This document shows, piece after piece, positions 49,757 to 64,000 of a DNA stretch of 64,000 nt. The notes beneath the pieces were generated by a model. That model was not told where the DNA came from. It did not search any database and was given only the letters and a program-made list of their open reading frames with translations. Every line of letters begins with the position of its first letter. Positions within the stretch are counted from its first letter, which is position 1. The translations under genes were made by a program, and so were the position numbers. Origin of the DNA: Eledone cirrhosa (Eukaryota); assembly GCA_964016885.1 (NCBI GenBank), contig OZ024752.1, positions 20,150,001 to 20,214,000 of the forward strand, in the 5' to 3' direction.

Positions 49757-50607
49757 ATGTAGAAGCAATGTCAGTTGATGAGATAACTAGGTGAAACAAT
49801 CTATATTATAATAACTATATTTGTTTTGTCTGTCATACGAATATTGGGTTCTGAACTTTTTATTTAGAATTTGTGTAACAAAAACGGTGGAGAGAAATGT
49901 TCTAAAATGCATTCATGCATATCAGAAAACAGGCTTCTCTGCAAAAATGGTTGTCTTGCTTCCTCCCTCTAACTATACATTGTCCTATACTATGAATGTA
50001 CCCATAAACATATCTTTAAGGTTTGTTGACGAAATCAAACATTATCTATTCTCTCCATTTAATATATTTAATAAGTAAAAAAATTATAAATAATTAAAAT
50101 TGCATTCGTATTGGAAGATTGATAGGCTACAAGATTCAGGGGAGATAATCCGGTATCCAATTGAGAAAACTAATGGCATTAAGTTTGTTACTTTCCCATC
50201 CACACCTTTTTTTATCTCTTTATAATATTATAAACGTATTTCTAATTTTTTAATATTTGTGTTTTTTTTTTAATTACGTTAGCTTGTTAAATAGATTTCA
50301 GTAATGTCTGAACAAGTATATTGCCTTACAACTAACAAAACTAAGACAATTGCTATATTGACAATTATAGAACAATGCTTATTACTTTAAGATAAAAACT
50401 GTGATAAATGGAATTCACATATTCACATGAACGTAAATACTTAAAGTCTGGTAAATTACAAACAAAACAGTCGTTTACTAATATAGAAACAACACTGCTG
50501 CTAAAAAATACTTTTAAAATGTTTTCTTTTGTTTTTCATAGTTTAATTTTGTTATAGCAAAACTAAGGAATATTGAACGACATCGATTGGATATATATAT
50601 ATATCCA

Positions 50608-50640
<33 letters not shown>

Positions 50641-50641
50641 A

Positions 50642-50674
<33 letters not shown>

Positions 50675-53262
50675 ACTTATCATCATCATCATCATCAACG
50701 TTTAACGGACGTTAAACGTTGATGATGATGATGATGATAAGTGGATATATCAATTGAGAAACAAAATAGTATTTTGTAGATATATAGCGAGCAAATGATA
50801 TGTAGATTAGATTTATTGAGCTTTGTAATGAGAAACATTATCGATATATATTTTACATGTATTGATTAAACCTAAAATTAACTTTTACATATATATATAT
50901 ATGTGAGAGAAATAGATATAGTCAGCCAAGAATATATAATTTACCCCTCCCCATTTGTTGGCCTTTTTATCGTATTATAAACATTTTGCCGTTAAATAAT
51001 GTAACTATTTATTCTTACATATACTCACCTGATACGCCATAGGGAGTAAAATGAAGAAATATGTATATAATGCAGAACTGGTGAACTCTTCAGCCATTGA
51101 TTGACATTTATCTACCTTAAGTATGGATTGATATCAAAGATATAATGAAAATACTCTCATTATTGAACTATGAATTTTGTTACGATTTGCTCCTTTCTGA
51201 ACCTTCTTTGGGGCTCGGGATATGAAATCTTGGTGCACCCATCCCGTGCCGCCCTGGACAGATTGCAGGCAGATTGCCAGTTTTTTACAGCATGAAATGG
51301 AGACTGCGATATATTTTTTGTACAGGTCCTTCTACCTAAAGCCTCTAACGTACAGCACAATGCTGTATGATTCTTTTTGTTACGTCTCACCATATGTTTT
51401 GGTAGTCTTATCCACGCCAGTCACCAAGCTGGTAGTTTTCTCAGATGAAATCTAAAATTATATATTAACACTTGAAATATTTTATTATTGACTGTGAAGA
51501 TTAAATTTTACAAAAGTAGGCTTAGTTAAGCCTTCAACTCTCTCTTAGCTCTCTAGATATAGGGCTCTGATATTGCAAAACTAACCTATTCATTGCTGGT
51601 GTGTCAGGTTATTCGCAATATACTCATTGCCGAGGTTCACTTTGCCTTTCATCCTTATGGGGTCGATAAAATAAAGTACCAGTAATGTACTGGGATAATT
51701 GCTGGCCTTGTGCCAAAAGTAGAAATAGTTATATGTTTGTATTGAAAGAGCAAAAGTATTCTATAATGAAAGAATTAACATTCTTGATTATGTCTTTGAT
51801 ATTTTTCCATACTTAAGACCAACTGATGGGACAAATGTTCACCTGATGTGCTATATACTCTCCCCATTTGACAAACAATATTGGTGCTTAAATCATGCTT
51901 TTATACATCTTAAAATCTACTACGTTTTAAAAACAAAATTTTGTAAAATTAACTTATTTTAAAAATATATTCTAAAGTAATAAATAATAATAAATATGGT
52001 TTTAAATTTTTAATGTGTTATTTTTTTTACTTTAATTTTTTGTTTTTAATCTGCTTAACTCAGTCCTTCCTCTGAAATGCTGCTACATGTCTTAGAAAGT
52101 CATAGAACAGAGCCTCCAGAGACCTCAGTTGTACTTGGACTCTGTACAGTCAAGCTCCTCCGTAAGATCAGAATGTCGACAGCCCACCTGAGGAAGGAGC
52201 CCTGTGAGGTGGGGTGGCAGTTGTAGTGGGTGTTGCTGGCCATTGCGGGAATGCTTTTGCGATCTTGTCCGCGGGGTGCAGCCCCTTTACATCCGTGCCC
52301 TAGGCCCAGACCTAATCACCCTCCCCATTCTTCTGTGACACTAGAGTCCTTGCCATTCCCTCTCTTTTCCATTTTTTTCTTTATATTTTCCTATTTTACA
52401 TTCTATTCTTCCCAATCTAAATTTTCTTCTTTTCTTTTTCTATTAAACTGTATTTACATGATATATTCCATAAATAAATTATTGTTTATTAAACTGCTTC
52501 TTTACTAGATTCTTCTCCAACTTCCCTGTAGTATGAAAGGTATCACCATATGTCTGGGGATTTTTTTCATGCTGACATGAGTTGGACTGGTCATCACAGA
52601 TCACATTCAATACTTACTCAAAGGGAACCACCCTTCTCCCAGATAGGCCACGAGCCACCATGTCTTGCTTGCATATGTTCAGACTTTTACATGATTTCTA
52701 CAGCTAGATGCCAGTCCTATCACTAACAAACAATATAATCAGCCTGAGAGGGAATTTAATCATTATTATTATTATTATTATTAACCATTTAGCATTTACA
52801 TTACTCTATAATTACTATTTCATTTTTATGGTAAACACTTTATCTCATATAATTATCTCACATAATATGGAATCTAAAAGATTTTGATGATATATATTTT
52901 GAGAACAATACCTTAACATAAGTATGAGCAACCAGTTACAGCCTGTTTGAACATTAAGAGATGAGAGAATTCTAGCTGGATACAGCCAGTTTAAATGCTA
53001 ATCATATTAAAAACACACAAACTGTTAAATTCACTTTACATTTATCATTTATTTCTTGGTGTAAACATGCCACTAACACTGTTCCACAGTGTAATTGTGT
53101 CATTGGCCAGGTCACAAACAAGGAACAAACATTTTAACACCAAGAATCATGTAATGTGAGTTTAACAGTTTTTGTGTGTTTTTTTACACATATATTAGGT
53201 CCTTAAGTGTGATAAGTTTGTTTTCCTTATGCACATACAAATTGAAATCTGACATTTCATAC

Positions 53263-53485
53263 TTAACACTTTAGTATTTACATTACTCTATATATACTAT
53301 TATATTTTTATGATAAAGGCTTAATCTCACATGATATCTCACATAATATCGAATCCATGAGATTTTGATATTATTTATTTTGAGAAGAATACCTTAATGT
53401 CAGTATGAGTGACTTGTTACAGCCGGTTTGAATAGAAATTGAAAATTCTGACCAGATGCGGCCGGTTTAAATGCTAATGGGTTAA
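53263..53485. mobile_element. piggyBac-type MITE with TTAA at both ends
   Basis: TTAA-CACTTTAGTATTTA ... TAAATGCTAATGGG-TTAA. Confidence 0.72.
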
Positions 53486-55892
53486 AGAGGTGTCTGTGTG
53501 TATATATATATATATATTTGAAAAAAAGGAAAAGAATTACTTCACTTGTAGTGTTAAATAATTTGATTTAATTTTATAATATTATGAGTTGGTATATTAT
53601 AATATTATAAAATTAAATCAAATTATTTAACACTACAAGTGAAGTCATTCTTTTCTTTTTTTTCAAATATACCTAACTGTAACAAGGATCTCACACATTT
53701 TCCAATATATATATATATATGTATATCCCAGGTTCAATTAGGGGTAACCACAGTAAGTAAGGTACTCAATACATAGCAGAGTATATATTTTTAATATAGA
53801 AATGGCTTCTAAAGGACTAGAACTGTTTCATTCAAAAGAGATCATCATTGTGATATGATGGTATTTATACATTTTCTGGTGGTGATTGGGATGGGTGGAG
53901 GTCATTGACTGATGGATCTAAAGAATGGGGATTCTTTGAAAAAAATATATTTAGAGAAAAATACAATGACACAGATTGATACAAATGCTGGCACTCCTAA
54001 TTTTCAAGGTTCATTTATTCTAAGCAAACAAAGGGTTTTCATTAAGTGGCTGTATTAACACGGTGTGTTAAAGGATGATGAAGTCTGTAAAAAATGGTCA
54101 GGTGTTTACAATCACACACACACATATATATACAAAAATGAATATATATACATACATATACACATATACACATATATATATATATATGTGTGTTCATCCC
54201 CCACCTATCATACATGCCAAAACACATATATATATATGGAGTGTAACGGGCAGTTACTGTAGGTTCTTCCAGGTGAACACTCGTTGCGTAGTTTCACATC
54301 TGTAACGAGCTAAACAGAGTGTAATATAATAATAAAAGGACGATTTGTTATGTCTTCATTACGTTTATTGAGTAGTTATGCATGTTTCACTGTTGATCAG
54401 TTCAAGGTTCGATCTGTATTGATCTGGCCCAACTCTGGAATCAAAAGTTCAACGGACCTCTGCTGTGGTAATGATAGAATGAACATATAAGACATAGAGA
54501 TGTCTGCAACAATTTGTGTTCATATGGTGGTCAGTTTATGTTGTTTTGATTGGTGGTTTAGCTATGAGGAATGGTTTGGCATGTGTGATAGGTGGGGGAT
54601 GCACATAGTGACGAGGTGGTGGTGGGGAGCAATGGTTGATGTGAGTTGCGGGGTGTGGTGAGGCGGAGGTGCTGGGTGTGGTGTGGATGTGGTAGGGCTG
54701 TGCGTGATGGGAGATGAAAGAGTGCGGTGCTGTACTAGGGGTACTGAAAAGGAAAAAGGAGGTTATCCTAGGTTGGGATGGGGCTTTGTTGTAAGCTATT
54801 TATATATCCTTAAAGGGGTATTTGTGCTGTAATGAATTAAGGGATGAGGTTAGTGTTTGAAAAGGCTATAAAAAAAAAAGTGTGAAAAAGTTGCAAAAAT
54901 AACTGGGTAAAGCCGGATACCGGTGCAGTGCATATTGTGTGAAGAGAATATAACAAGGAATATAAATATACATGTGTACACACATACCCAGAGACACACA
55001 CACATATAACCATATAAATATACATACATATGCATACACACAAGATACACCAAGCCACACACTCATACATTCATAAATATATGTGCTTGTGGTTGGACAT
55101 ATAGAATATCCATATTGGTTATGCTGCACTCCTGCGTGGGCACAACGCGCTCTCATACATATTATACGAAATATACGTAGTTTCTGACTCACTGCCACAT
55201 ATGTCTGTGTCTCTGCATCTGTACACACTAACGAAATATGCGTGCTCCTAGGCCCAGGGGTCCATACGATTATATCAGTGTGCAGGGGTGTACACAAACA
55301 TATATATATATACACACACAAAAGATGCGTGAATGTACATGCTTTAGCAGTGCATCTAGCTATTGTGTGGGAATAAATGGTTGTAAAAAAATTTTTTTAT
55401 AGGATATGAGAAGGGTTAAATTGTGCCTGAGAATACACTGTACGCCTTGGTCCCCAATACACTACCTAACATCTACTCTATCAATATTTAATTTTAAAAC
55501 ACACTGCAGTTACTTCCCTTAGGTAATTATGCCCCTTTATAGCCGCCATTTTGGTGAAATAAAATCGTTTTCTTTTCAAACAAATAACGATCAAAGAGTG
55601 GCGATGTGTATATCTGCCTCCAAACATTCCTCTGGTGGAATAATTATACCTTTACTGAGTATATTTGCTTTACTGTCATATGGATTGGACTTTCCCTCCA
55701 GCAACATCCTTAAAGACAAAAATGTTTCTTCTCAGATGAATATTGTAGTATATATACACACACGTCTACCTACTGTAGTATATATATACACATATATGTC
55801 AACTTGTTATATTATAATTGTACTTCGAGATGAAACACTGTAAGAAGTAAATCTTGTTTTTAAATGTATTGCCTTCTCCATATATATTTGAT

Positions 55893-56717
55893 TATATATA
55901 TATATATATATAAAATTCTTTATCTCTCTTCTTGTCTGTCTGTTCCTATGCATTCTCAAACGGCTGGACCAAATCAAATCAAATTTTACAAGGTAATAGT
56001 ATTAGACCCCAGGAGTATCAACATGTAATTTTTATTTGGATTAAAACAATATAACACTATCTAAAATAACATTTCGATAGTGAACCATAGTAAACCACCA
56101 CCACGACGTCACATTTTGTATATGAGTGTGTATGTGTCTGTGAGTGTGAGTTTGTTACTACGTAAGTTGCATACACATTATCTTCACACACACATCTACA
56201 TATGTGATGACAGACAGGTGTGCGTGAATGTATGTCTGTGTGTGTGTGTCTTAGTATATGTATGTGAAAGTGTGTGTGTGTATGTGAGAGTGTATATGTG
56301 ATAATTTTTATTTTCATTTGGATTATGAATATGTATGTGTCTGAAGGTACGTTATTAAATACACATATGTAGCTACTGACAGAAAAATGAGGTGAAAAGC
56401 TCTGCGTGTGTCTGCGTAAATATATGTCCGTGTATGTCTGTCTTAGTATATGTATGTGAGAGTGTATGTGCATGAGTGTGTAGCAACAATTTATTCATTT
56501 GGATACCAACAAGAAATTACACAATGAATATTGTTTACCCTAAGGTGTTTCAAGATTGACAGATTTTCATTTCTAAATTCTATTATCATAACAATTTTGA
56601 TATTTTAAAAATAAAATATAGATATTCTGAAATAATTACGAGAAAAAAAAACATATCTTCATATTTATTGTTTACTAATCTGAATACGAACAGCAGTAAC
56701 CCAGGCAATTCAGCTAG
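55893..56717 (+). mobile_element. Probable non-autonomous Helitron-type element
   Basis: (TA)nTAAAA start, (GTCT)n, CTCAAACGGCTGGACC block, 3' end ...CAATTCAGCTAG followed by T. Confidence 0.5.
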
Positions 56718-56729
56718 TATATATATATA

Positions 56730-57257
56730 TATCATCATTTTACGTCCGCTTTTGAAAGAGTGGGATGGGTCCTCTTCAACACAGCATCTCTCCATTCGTC
56801 ATCTCCTCTGAGAGCTTCAGTGATCTAAGGTCAGCTCTCATCACCTCCAACCATGTTTTTCGAGGTCTTCCTCTACTGCATCTTCATTCCACCGGAATTT
56901 CTTGGCACTTCTTCACCCAGTGGTCATCTTTCATGTGCATTACATGGCCATACCAACTCAGTCTTTTCTCCCGCACACTACAACTTATCCCTCTTATACA
57001 CAATTTCACTCTCAACTCGTCTATGCTTGGTCGTTCACGCACATCCATCGGATCATGCTTGCTTCATTTCTCTCCAGCCTTTGAATATCCTCCGCAGTTG
57101 CTGCCCATGTGTCACTCACTATATGCAACATCATGCATTTCACACAGGCATCATATAACCAACCTTTCGATCGTAGAGAGAAACCCTTCATTGTCAACAC
57201 AGGAAGCTGCCCCCTAAACTTCTTCCATCGTATCCTTATTCTAGATACTATGGCCTA
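56730..57257 (-). mobile_element. RTE LINE 3' fragment (subfamily of 5008-7455)
   Basis: Aligns by eye to 5030-5560. Confidence 0.85.
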
Positions 57258-57875
57258 TACTGTAAATAAGGAAAATATGTTTATTCAAAAATATAGACCA
57301 GCATTAAATATAGTTTAATATATGTTAATATTTTAACACCTTAACTTGGTAACCATGCCTCCACCCCCACCCTTCTCCATTTCTACTAATGGAATCATCT
57401 TTATTTCTATTATCAAAAGAATCATTTTTAATTCTACTATCAAAAGCTTTGCTACACAAACACACCCTAATACAAATTAAAAAAATATATTTCTTTTTTC
57501 TACCCTACCACCACTATTCAATTTATTTCAATAGAAAGTCCGAATTTTGACACCTCAGCCATACTCACTGAACCAGAACTATTACTTGACCATTATCTTT
57601 TGTTTGGCACAACATTTTCTATGACAAACCATCCTTTTCTGGGACCTATATTATATGGCCAATCATGTGACTGTGAAAATGGCAATAAAGAACCCTCAAA
57701 CACGAAATTTGATGTACTTATTCATGTGACAGTCATCAACCAACCAAATTACACTTATAAAAAAAAACAATTTGAGCCACATTTTTTAAGGCAAATACAA
57801 TAAGAACTTTGAAACATGAACTGGATCAAACGCTCTCTAGACAAAGGGAAGTAGCTAGAGTTACTTCCCATAGAA

Positions 57876-57919
57876 TTTCTAGAATATTCCTTGAACTTCC
57901 GTTCCAGAGATTATAAAAG
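57876..57919 (+). promoter_or_regulatory. Heat-shock-element-like TTCtaGAAtaTTC followed by TATAAAAG, in an LTR-like fold-back
   Basis: Three correctly spaced inverted nGAAn units at 57877-57889; TATA at 57912-57919. Confidence 0.4.
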
Positions 57920-58799
57920 AAAGAGCAAAGAGCAATCTCCCTCTCTTGCAGTTTGACCTTGCTAAGGTAAACACCAATTCTTCTTTTGCTCCACAAGCAC
58001 AAACAATATGTAATGACAAAACATTACTCCGGTGATTGGCTGAGGCGTTGGCCATGCCCGTAGTAATGTTTTGTCGTTACATATAGTTTGTGCTTGCGGA
58101 GCAAAAGAATTGGTGTTTACCTTAGCAAGGTCAAACTGCAAGAGAGGGAGATTGCCATTTGCTCTTTCTTTTATAATCTCTGGAACGGGAAGTAACTCTA
58201 GCTACTTCCCTTTGTCTAGAGAGTGCGACATACTTATTAACGTGTAGTAAGCCAAGGCACTACTTATCACAGCAGAACAATTGGGTTATGCTTGGTCAGT
58301 CACCGGGCTGGTAAGTCGACGGCGTAGAAATACAGAGAAATGACGTCCACCCAGCTAGAAAATTCATGCCTCTTTTTTCACTTCAAAACAGTTCCAGCTT
58401 CATTTTTGTAAAGGCATTCCCTGGAGCAACTGGCAAGATGTAGAACTTACCAAGAAACTTTGGCCCTCGGCAAGGACCCAACTTCATTCTTCCTACACAT
58501 TCATCAACACTTTTTATCGTTACTTATGCGGCATGCCAGCAGCTTTTTACTCTTTTACCAATTGTAAATATTTATGGAGAAAAATAAACCTTTTATATAA
58601 TTTCTTCGCTCTGTTTTCCTATTTGATCCTTTCCTCACGAAGAAACTTAAACATGCAGCCTTATAACATAATCTTCTATAAGGATCCATTCTTACAACCA
58701 AAAGATATGATTCTAAAGAATTTTCTGCTAAAAACGTGACAGCCATCAACCAACCAAATTATTTTTTTTAAATCCAACAATTCGAGCCACCTTTTCCAC

Positions 58800-59995
58800 T
58801 GATGTCTTAGCGGCAATAAATGAAATTAAACACAATTCAGCAGTAGGCCCCGATAGGTTCCCTGCTTGTGTCCTTTAGCGACACCAACTTGCATCTCCTC
58901 TTAATACTCTGTGAAGGGTCTTACTGGATGCTGAATATATTCCTGAAAACTTTTTGTCCCAGTTTTAGAAAACGGAGACAAGTCCCTTGCAGTGAACTAC
59001 CGTCCGATCTCACTCACCTCTCATATCATTAAGGTATTTGAGAGAGTGGTGAGATCGCGAATGACCCACTTCCTTGAGAGTAACAATATGCTGAACTCCA
59101 ACCAGCATGGGTTCCGTAATGGAAGGGACTGCCTAACGCAACTCCTGCATCACTTTGATGATATTTTGAGAGCTTTGGGAGAGGGCTCCAACACTGATGT
59201 CATCTACCTTGATTTCAGCAAGGCCTTCAACAGGGTTAATCATAAGATTCTTTTGAAAAAACTATTCAACATTGGCCGTCTCTGGAAAGTTACAACAGTG
59301 GATCAAGTGTTTCCTGACAGACAGAGCCCAGCATGTTGTAGTCGAAGGAGTACAAGCAAGCCCAGCCAAAGTCAGCAGTGGCGTCCCACAAGGCACTGTG
59401 TTGGGCCCACTTCTTTTCATTATCTACATTACTGACATCATCAAGCACATCAACATAAGAATCTTCGCAGATGATTCCAAGCTCCAAAGGGTCATCAATG
59501 AAGTGGGTGACTGAACATGCCTTCAGTTAGACCTACTGTCTGTTATCCAATGAAAAGAACAATATGCTGCTGTACGAGGATAAATTTGAGTTAATCCACT
59601 TTGGAAAAGAGGATGCCCTGAAACTCCCATACTCTCTTCCTTCAGGTGAAACTCTTGTGGCATCCAACAACATCAGAGACTTGGGAGTAATTGTGGACAA
59701 CAACATAAGCTGGGCCACGCATTTAAACAGCAAAGGTGTCATGACTCGCAGAATGTGTTCCTGGATTCTCAGAACCTTCCAGTCGAGAGATATCCACTGT
59801 TATCCTTCTCGTCTCCACTTTGCCTGACCCCACCTTGAATACTGTTGTCCACTGTGGTATCCCCACATGAAACAAAGTATCATGAAAGTTGAAGCACCTC
59901 AAAGGTCAATTACAAAAAAGATAGATGGCATGACAGGCCTTGACTGTTGGTCGAGTAGAAAAGCTCAACCTTTATTCTCTCCAATGTCGCCGTAA
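58800..59995 (+). mobile_element. Degenerate CR1-group LINE RT
   Basis: NYRPISLTSH, QHGFR, DVIYLDFSKAF, SGVPQGTVLGPLLF, IFADDSK, RDLGVIVD; stops and frameshifts. Confidence 0.9.
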
Positions 59996-60292
59996 CTCTC
60001 TGCGTCAAAGGATGGCGTCCGACCCTCTACCGATACTGCCAATTATAATTTAGGCCCATGGCCAGCAATTTGAAGAAAGAGATAAGCCGATTAAATCAAC
60101 CCCAAGTATTTCACTGGTACTTTATTTTATTGACCCTAGGATGAAGAAAGGATTTGAACTCAGAATGTAAAACTCTGTAACTAAATGCCACCAAGTTGAA
60201 CTCAGTGGAAGCTAGAGTGTAAAGAGCTGTAAATAAAACCTGCCAACAATAAACAGAAAACAAAGAAAAACAGACACAAGTTTTGGAAGGTC

Positions 60293-60298
60293 TTTATT
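60293..60298 (-). promoter_or_regulatory. Candidate poly(A) signal of the LRP12-like gene
   Basis: AATAAA on - strand followed by a GU/U-rich tract (cttgtgtctgtttttctttgttttctg); ~2.3 kb downstream of the stop. Confidence 0.45.
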
Positions 60299-60461
60299 CA
60301 CCAATCTGGTTTTATCAATAAATTCTTTCTTAGAGAAATTTGTTGCAGTCAAAAATATAAAATAGGTTGTTTGTTTGTTAATGTTTTTGTTATTGTTATG
60401 GAGTTTTGATGGTCAAAGGTGGCTGGAGTAGAGCAATGTAAAAGCATTTAACAACACACGC

Positions 60462-61330
<869 letters not shown>

Positions 61331-61969
61331 CAAAAATAGATACACACATACATACATACATATGTGTGCGTCTGTGTGTGTGTCTATATATATATAAATA
61401 TATATAAACACAAACACATATATGTTTGCATGTATGTGTTTGTATATGTGAGTGTATGAGTATATATATATATATATATATATGTTAACAGTGTTAGGTC
61501 TAGCAGTAAAGAAATTAACTCTGTAAATTAGATTAGAAATTAATATTATTTATTAATCAACCAGGTCTGATTATAATTTTTTAATTTAATTTGATCTATT
61601 TTATGTTGTTTTTTTGTTTTTTTGTTTATATAATGTACCATGTTTCTATATAGTTTTGAACGGAGTGCTATGTTGGCCTTGTTGAAAGAAGCTTCAATTG
61701 ACCAAATTTCTTATACTAGATCCCAGTGGAAGATTCAACAGAATAGAGAAAATCCTGACAAAAACGCTCTACCAATTGTGTATTTGAACCTTCTTCCTTC
61801 CCCTTCACTCCACTGCTAATTCAGTCTTCTTGCCTTCCTAATTCCTGCACACCTTTCCCTCCATCTCGCTCACTTCTGGTGGCTTCTCAAGATGTAAAAA
61901 TCAACAGTTTTAAATTACGAGTGGTTTCTTTTTGTCCCTCAACTCAACCCCAATCCTATACATCTCAGT

Positions 61970-62065
61970 CTGTGTCTGGTTTAGACAGTCAACATTGCTG
62001 TGTCTGGTTTAGACAGTCAACATTGCTGTGTCTGGTTTAGACAGTCAACATTGCTGTGTCTGGTT
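61970..62065. repeat. 28-bp tandem repeat, ~3.4 copies (CTGTGTCTGGTTTAGACAGTCAACATTG)
   Basis: Exact copies visible. Confidence 0.93.
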
Positions 62066-62417
62066 GTTTGTCTGTATGTTTCCGCTAATTTGTGCTTCAC
62101 ACTATAAACTCCTTTGTCTGGACAAAAGAAACAACACCTCAGCTGTGAAAGCAGTCATGTTTCAAGCAGACAGAAGTCATTATGTTAGAAACTATTGTTA
62201 TTATCATTGTTATTTTCTCTGAGTCTCAGTCATTGATGTTATTTAACTGGAAAGTTTGTTCAAATGAACATCAAGCCTCTACCTGCTGCCTCAGATTTTC
62301 AGGACGTATCAGAGGGTTCTTGCAGTTCCCAGCAAGCATGCCTTTTGAAGTGTTCCAAAAAGGGGGCTGGACTAATGTTCTTTAACCACCCTTGGAAACT
62401 CTTCGAGATAATTATTA

Positions 62418-62454
<37 letters not shown>

Positions 62455-62596
62455 GCAAACAGAAATGATTTGGGTGTTTTTGGTTGGGAGCAGGGAAACG
62501 AGCAAGACCCTTGAGGAGAACTCCAACTCCTCTATAATATTCCAGTTGGGGAGGAGGAGGGGAATCAACAAGAATGGAAGGGGCCGATACACAGAT

Positions 62597-63732
62597 TTAA
62601 ATGGCTGTCAAACTGTCACTGGTGTTTATACAATCGCTGGGGACTTGCTCTGATTGGCTGGAATTCAGCGAATCACAAGAGCCGATTCTGAAGTGGAGGC
62701 TGGGCATGTGTATTGCATTGCTGTCGTTGAGGTTACTATGACAACAGTCGCTGGACGTGCTGCCCACTTGAGACAAAATGGTCGGCCTCTTGTCATCGTC
62801 ATCGTTGGCCATGACAATGTCACCCCCGAGTCTGTCAGTGGTGCCACTAACGTTATCACAGATGGCACTGGCCATTTCCATATTGTTGGAGTCAGTGAAG
62901 TTGAGGAGAGGCTCACTGGAAATTCTGCCGCAGATCTTCACCGGAGATGGATGCCGCCAGCAAGCAGTGATGTCTTCGGAACTGAATTGAACCTCCTCCT
63001 GCTCAACATCTCCAATCCTCCCCTCTATACCTGACCCACCACCACTGCTACCACCACCACCACCACCACCACTACCACCACTACCACCACTGTTGCTGTT
63101 GTTTCTGCCAACATTACTCTCCACATCTATTTGTCTATTGGCCCTCTCACCTCGGTGTGTTTCATCGCGAGTATCTGACTGCTCAGAATCAGATGACTCA
63201 CTGGGTAGAAGAAGGGTGGCAGTTGATCCTTGCCTATCAAAGTCAGTGTTTGTGCTATTTACAGTGTCGTGTTGGCCATCTATAATTAGAGGAACATCTG
63301 ACCCTTCACAGCCCTCCTCTGTTGTTGGCCTTTCCATTGCCACGACAACAGTGGGATTCTGTTCCACAAGTTCGGCCGTCGTCTGGCTGCTCTCGGTCAA
63401 ACAGCTTCTTGACCGCGAACTGGAATTTGATGAGCGGTGACGGCTACGGTTACTGCGTCTTGAGTGACGTCTGCGTTCCTGGAAGATACGTTGGGCTTCT
63501 TCAAATGGCATTGACGTAATCATTGCTTCACAATAAGAAGGGGGTGCTGGGCGCCTCATAAACTCTGACTGCCAGTGGGTGAGTGGTCCTCCAGGTTCGG
63601 TGAGTCGCAGCCGATGTCTGTCACGGTGGCGCAGAGAGTTCAGTTTACAGGTAAATCCAAGGGCAATGACCAACAAGAGAGCACAGGTGAGGGAACCAAC
63701 TACAGCCACCAATATCACTCTGTTAGAACTGC
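62597..63732 (-). CDS. LRP12: Terminal exon of an LDL-receptor-related protein 12/3-like receptor (TM helix plus long disordered cytoplasmic tail), 5'-partial
   Basis: RVILVAVVGSLTCALLLVIALGFTCKLNSLR...RRPAPPSY matches the LRP12/LRP3/LRP10 TM and juxtamembrane signature; acceptor ttcttgttacag ends at 63733 on -; ORF open to stop at 62597. Confidence 0.88.
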
Positions 63733-63804
63733 CTGTAACAAGAAATACATGAGATTGCATCAATAACAGTTTCTGATTTAGGCACAAGATCAACAATTTA
63801 TGAG

Positions 63805-63984
63805 AAGGGAAAATCGATTAAACAGACCCCAGTGTGTTACTGGTACTATATTTTATCAACCCCGTAAAGGATGAAATACAAAGCTAACTTCGGAAGGATT
63901 TGAACTCAGAATGTAAAGGGCTGTAACTATATGCTACAAAGCATGTTGTTCGACGCTCTACCAATACTGCCAATCCACTGCCTT
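63805..63984 (-). mobile_element. SINE copy in an LRP12-like intron (another - copy at ~59995-60240)
   Basis: Reverse complement of the SINE head, B-box and core. Confidence 0.75.
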
Positions 63985-64000
63985 TATTGCATTGATAATA

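Noticed and set aside
51160-51455. Possible BEL/Pao integrase end (PVTKLVV)
   Set aside because: Single short motif with no supporting upstream sequence
53812-53858. Minus-strand ATGATGA-TCTC...GAAT-GAAACAGTTC hammerhead-like remnant
   Set aside because: C3 mutated, weak stem II, no clear stem I
63733-63796. N-terminal part of the 399-aa ORF as coding
   Set aside because: Lies upstream of a clear splice acceptor, so it is intronic read-through

Overview
Eukaryotic, AT-rich, repeat-dense genomic DNA; the repeat families and microsatellite load suggest a coleoid cephalopod such as Octopus (inference). The + strand carries 11 coding exons (254-48152, 1788 nt spliced, N-terminus upstream of the window) of an anoctamin-10/TMEM16K orthologue, with GT-AG introns whose phases join into one open frame. 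The - strand carries the large terminal exon (TM helix plus PPxY tail) of an LRP12/LRP3-like receptor, convergent with ANO10. The introns hold RTE, Tx1/L1 and CR1-like LINE fragments, tRNA-derived SINEs, hAT and piggyBac-type MITEs, and two very large minisatellites. One has a 42-bp unit containing a U1-5'-end look-alike. The other is a ~14.5-kb array of a 26-nt hairpin separated by variable (GT)n spacers. The most notable non-coding signal is a family of minimal type-I hammerhead ribozyme motifs (Penelope-type). Two sense copies lie in ANO10 introns, with identical core and stems I/III but different, still-pairing stems II. One copy sits inside a 170-bp near-perfect fold-back with its own antisense copy. 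Many further fold-back palindromes lie next to (TA)n tracts. The very long ORFs in the ORF track are translations of repeats.
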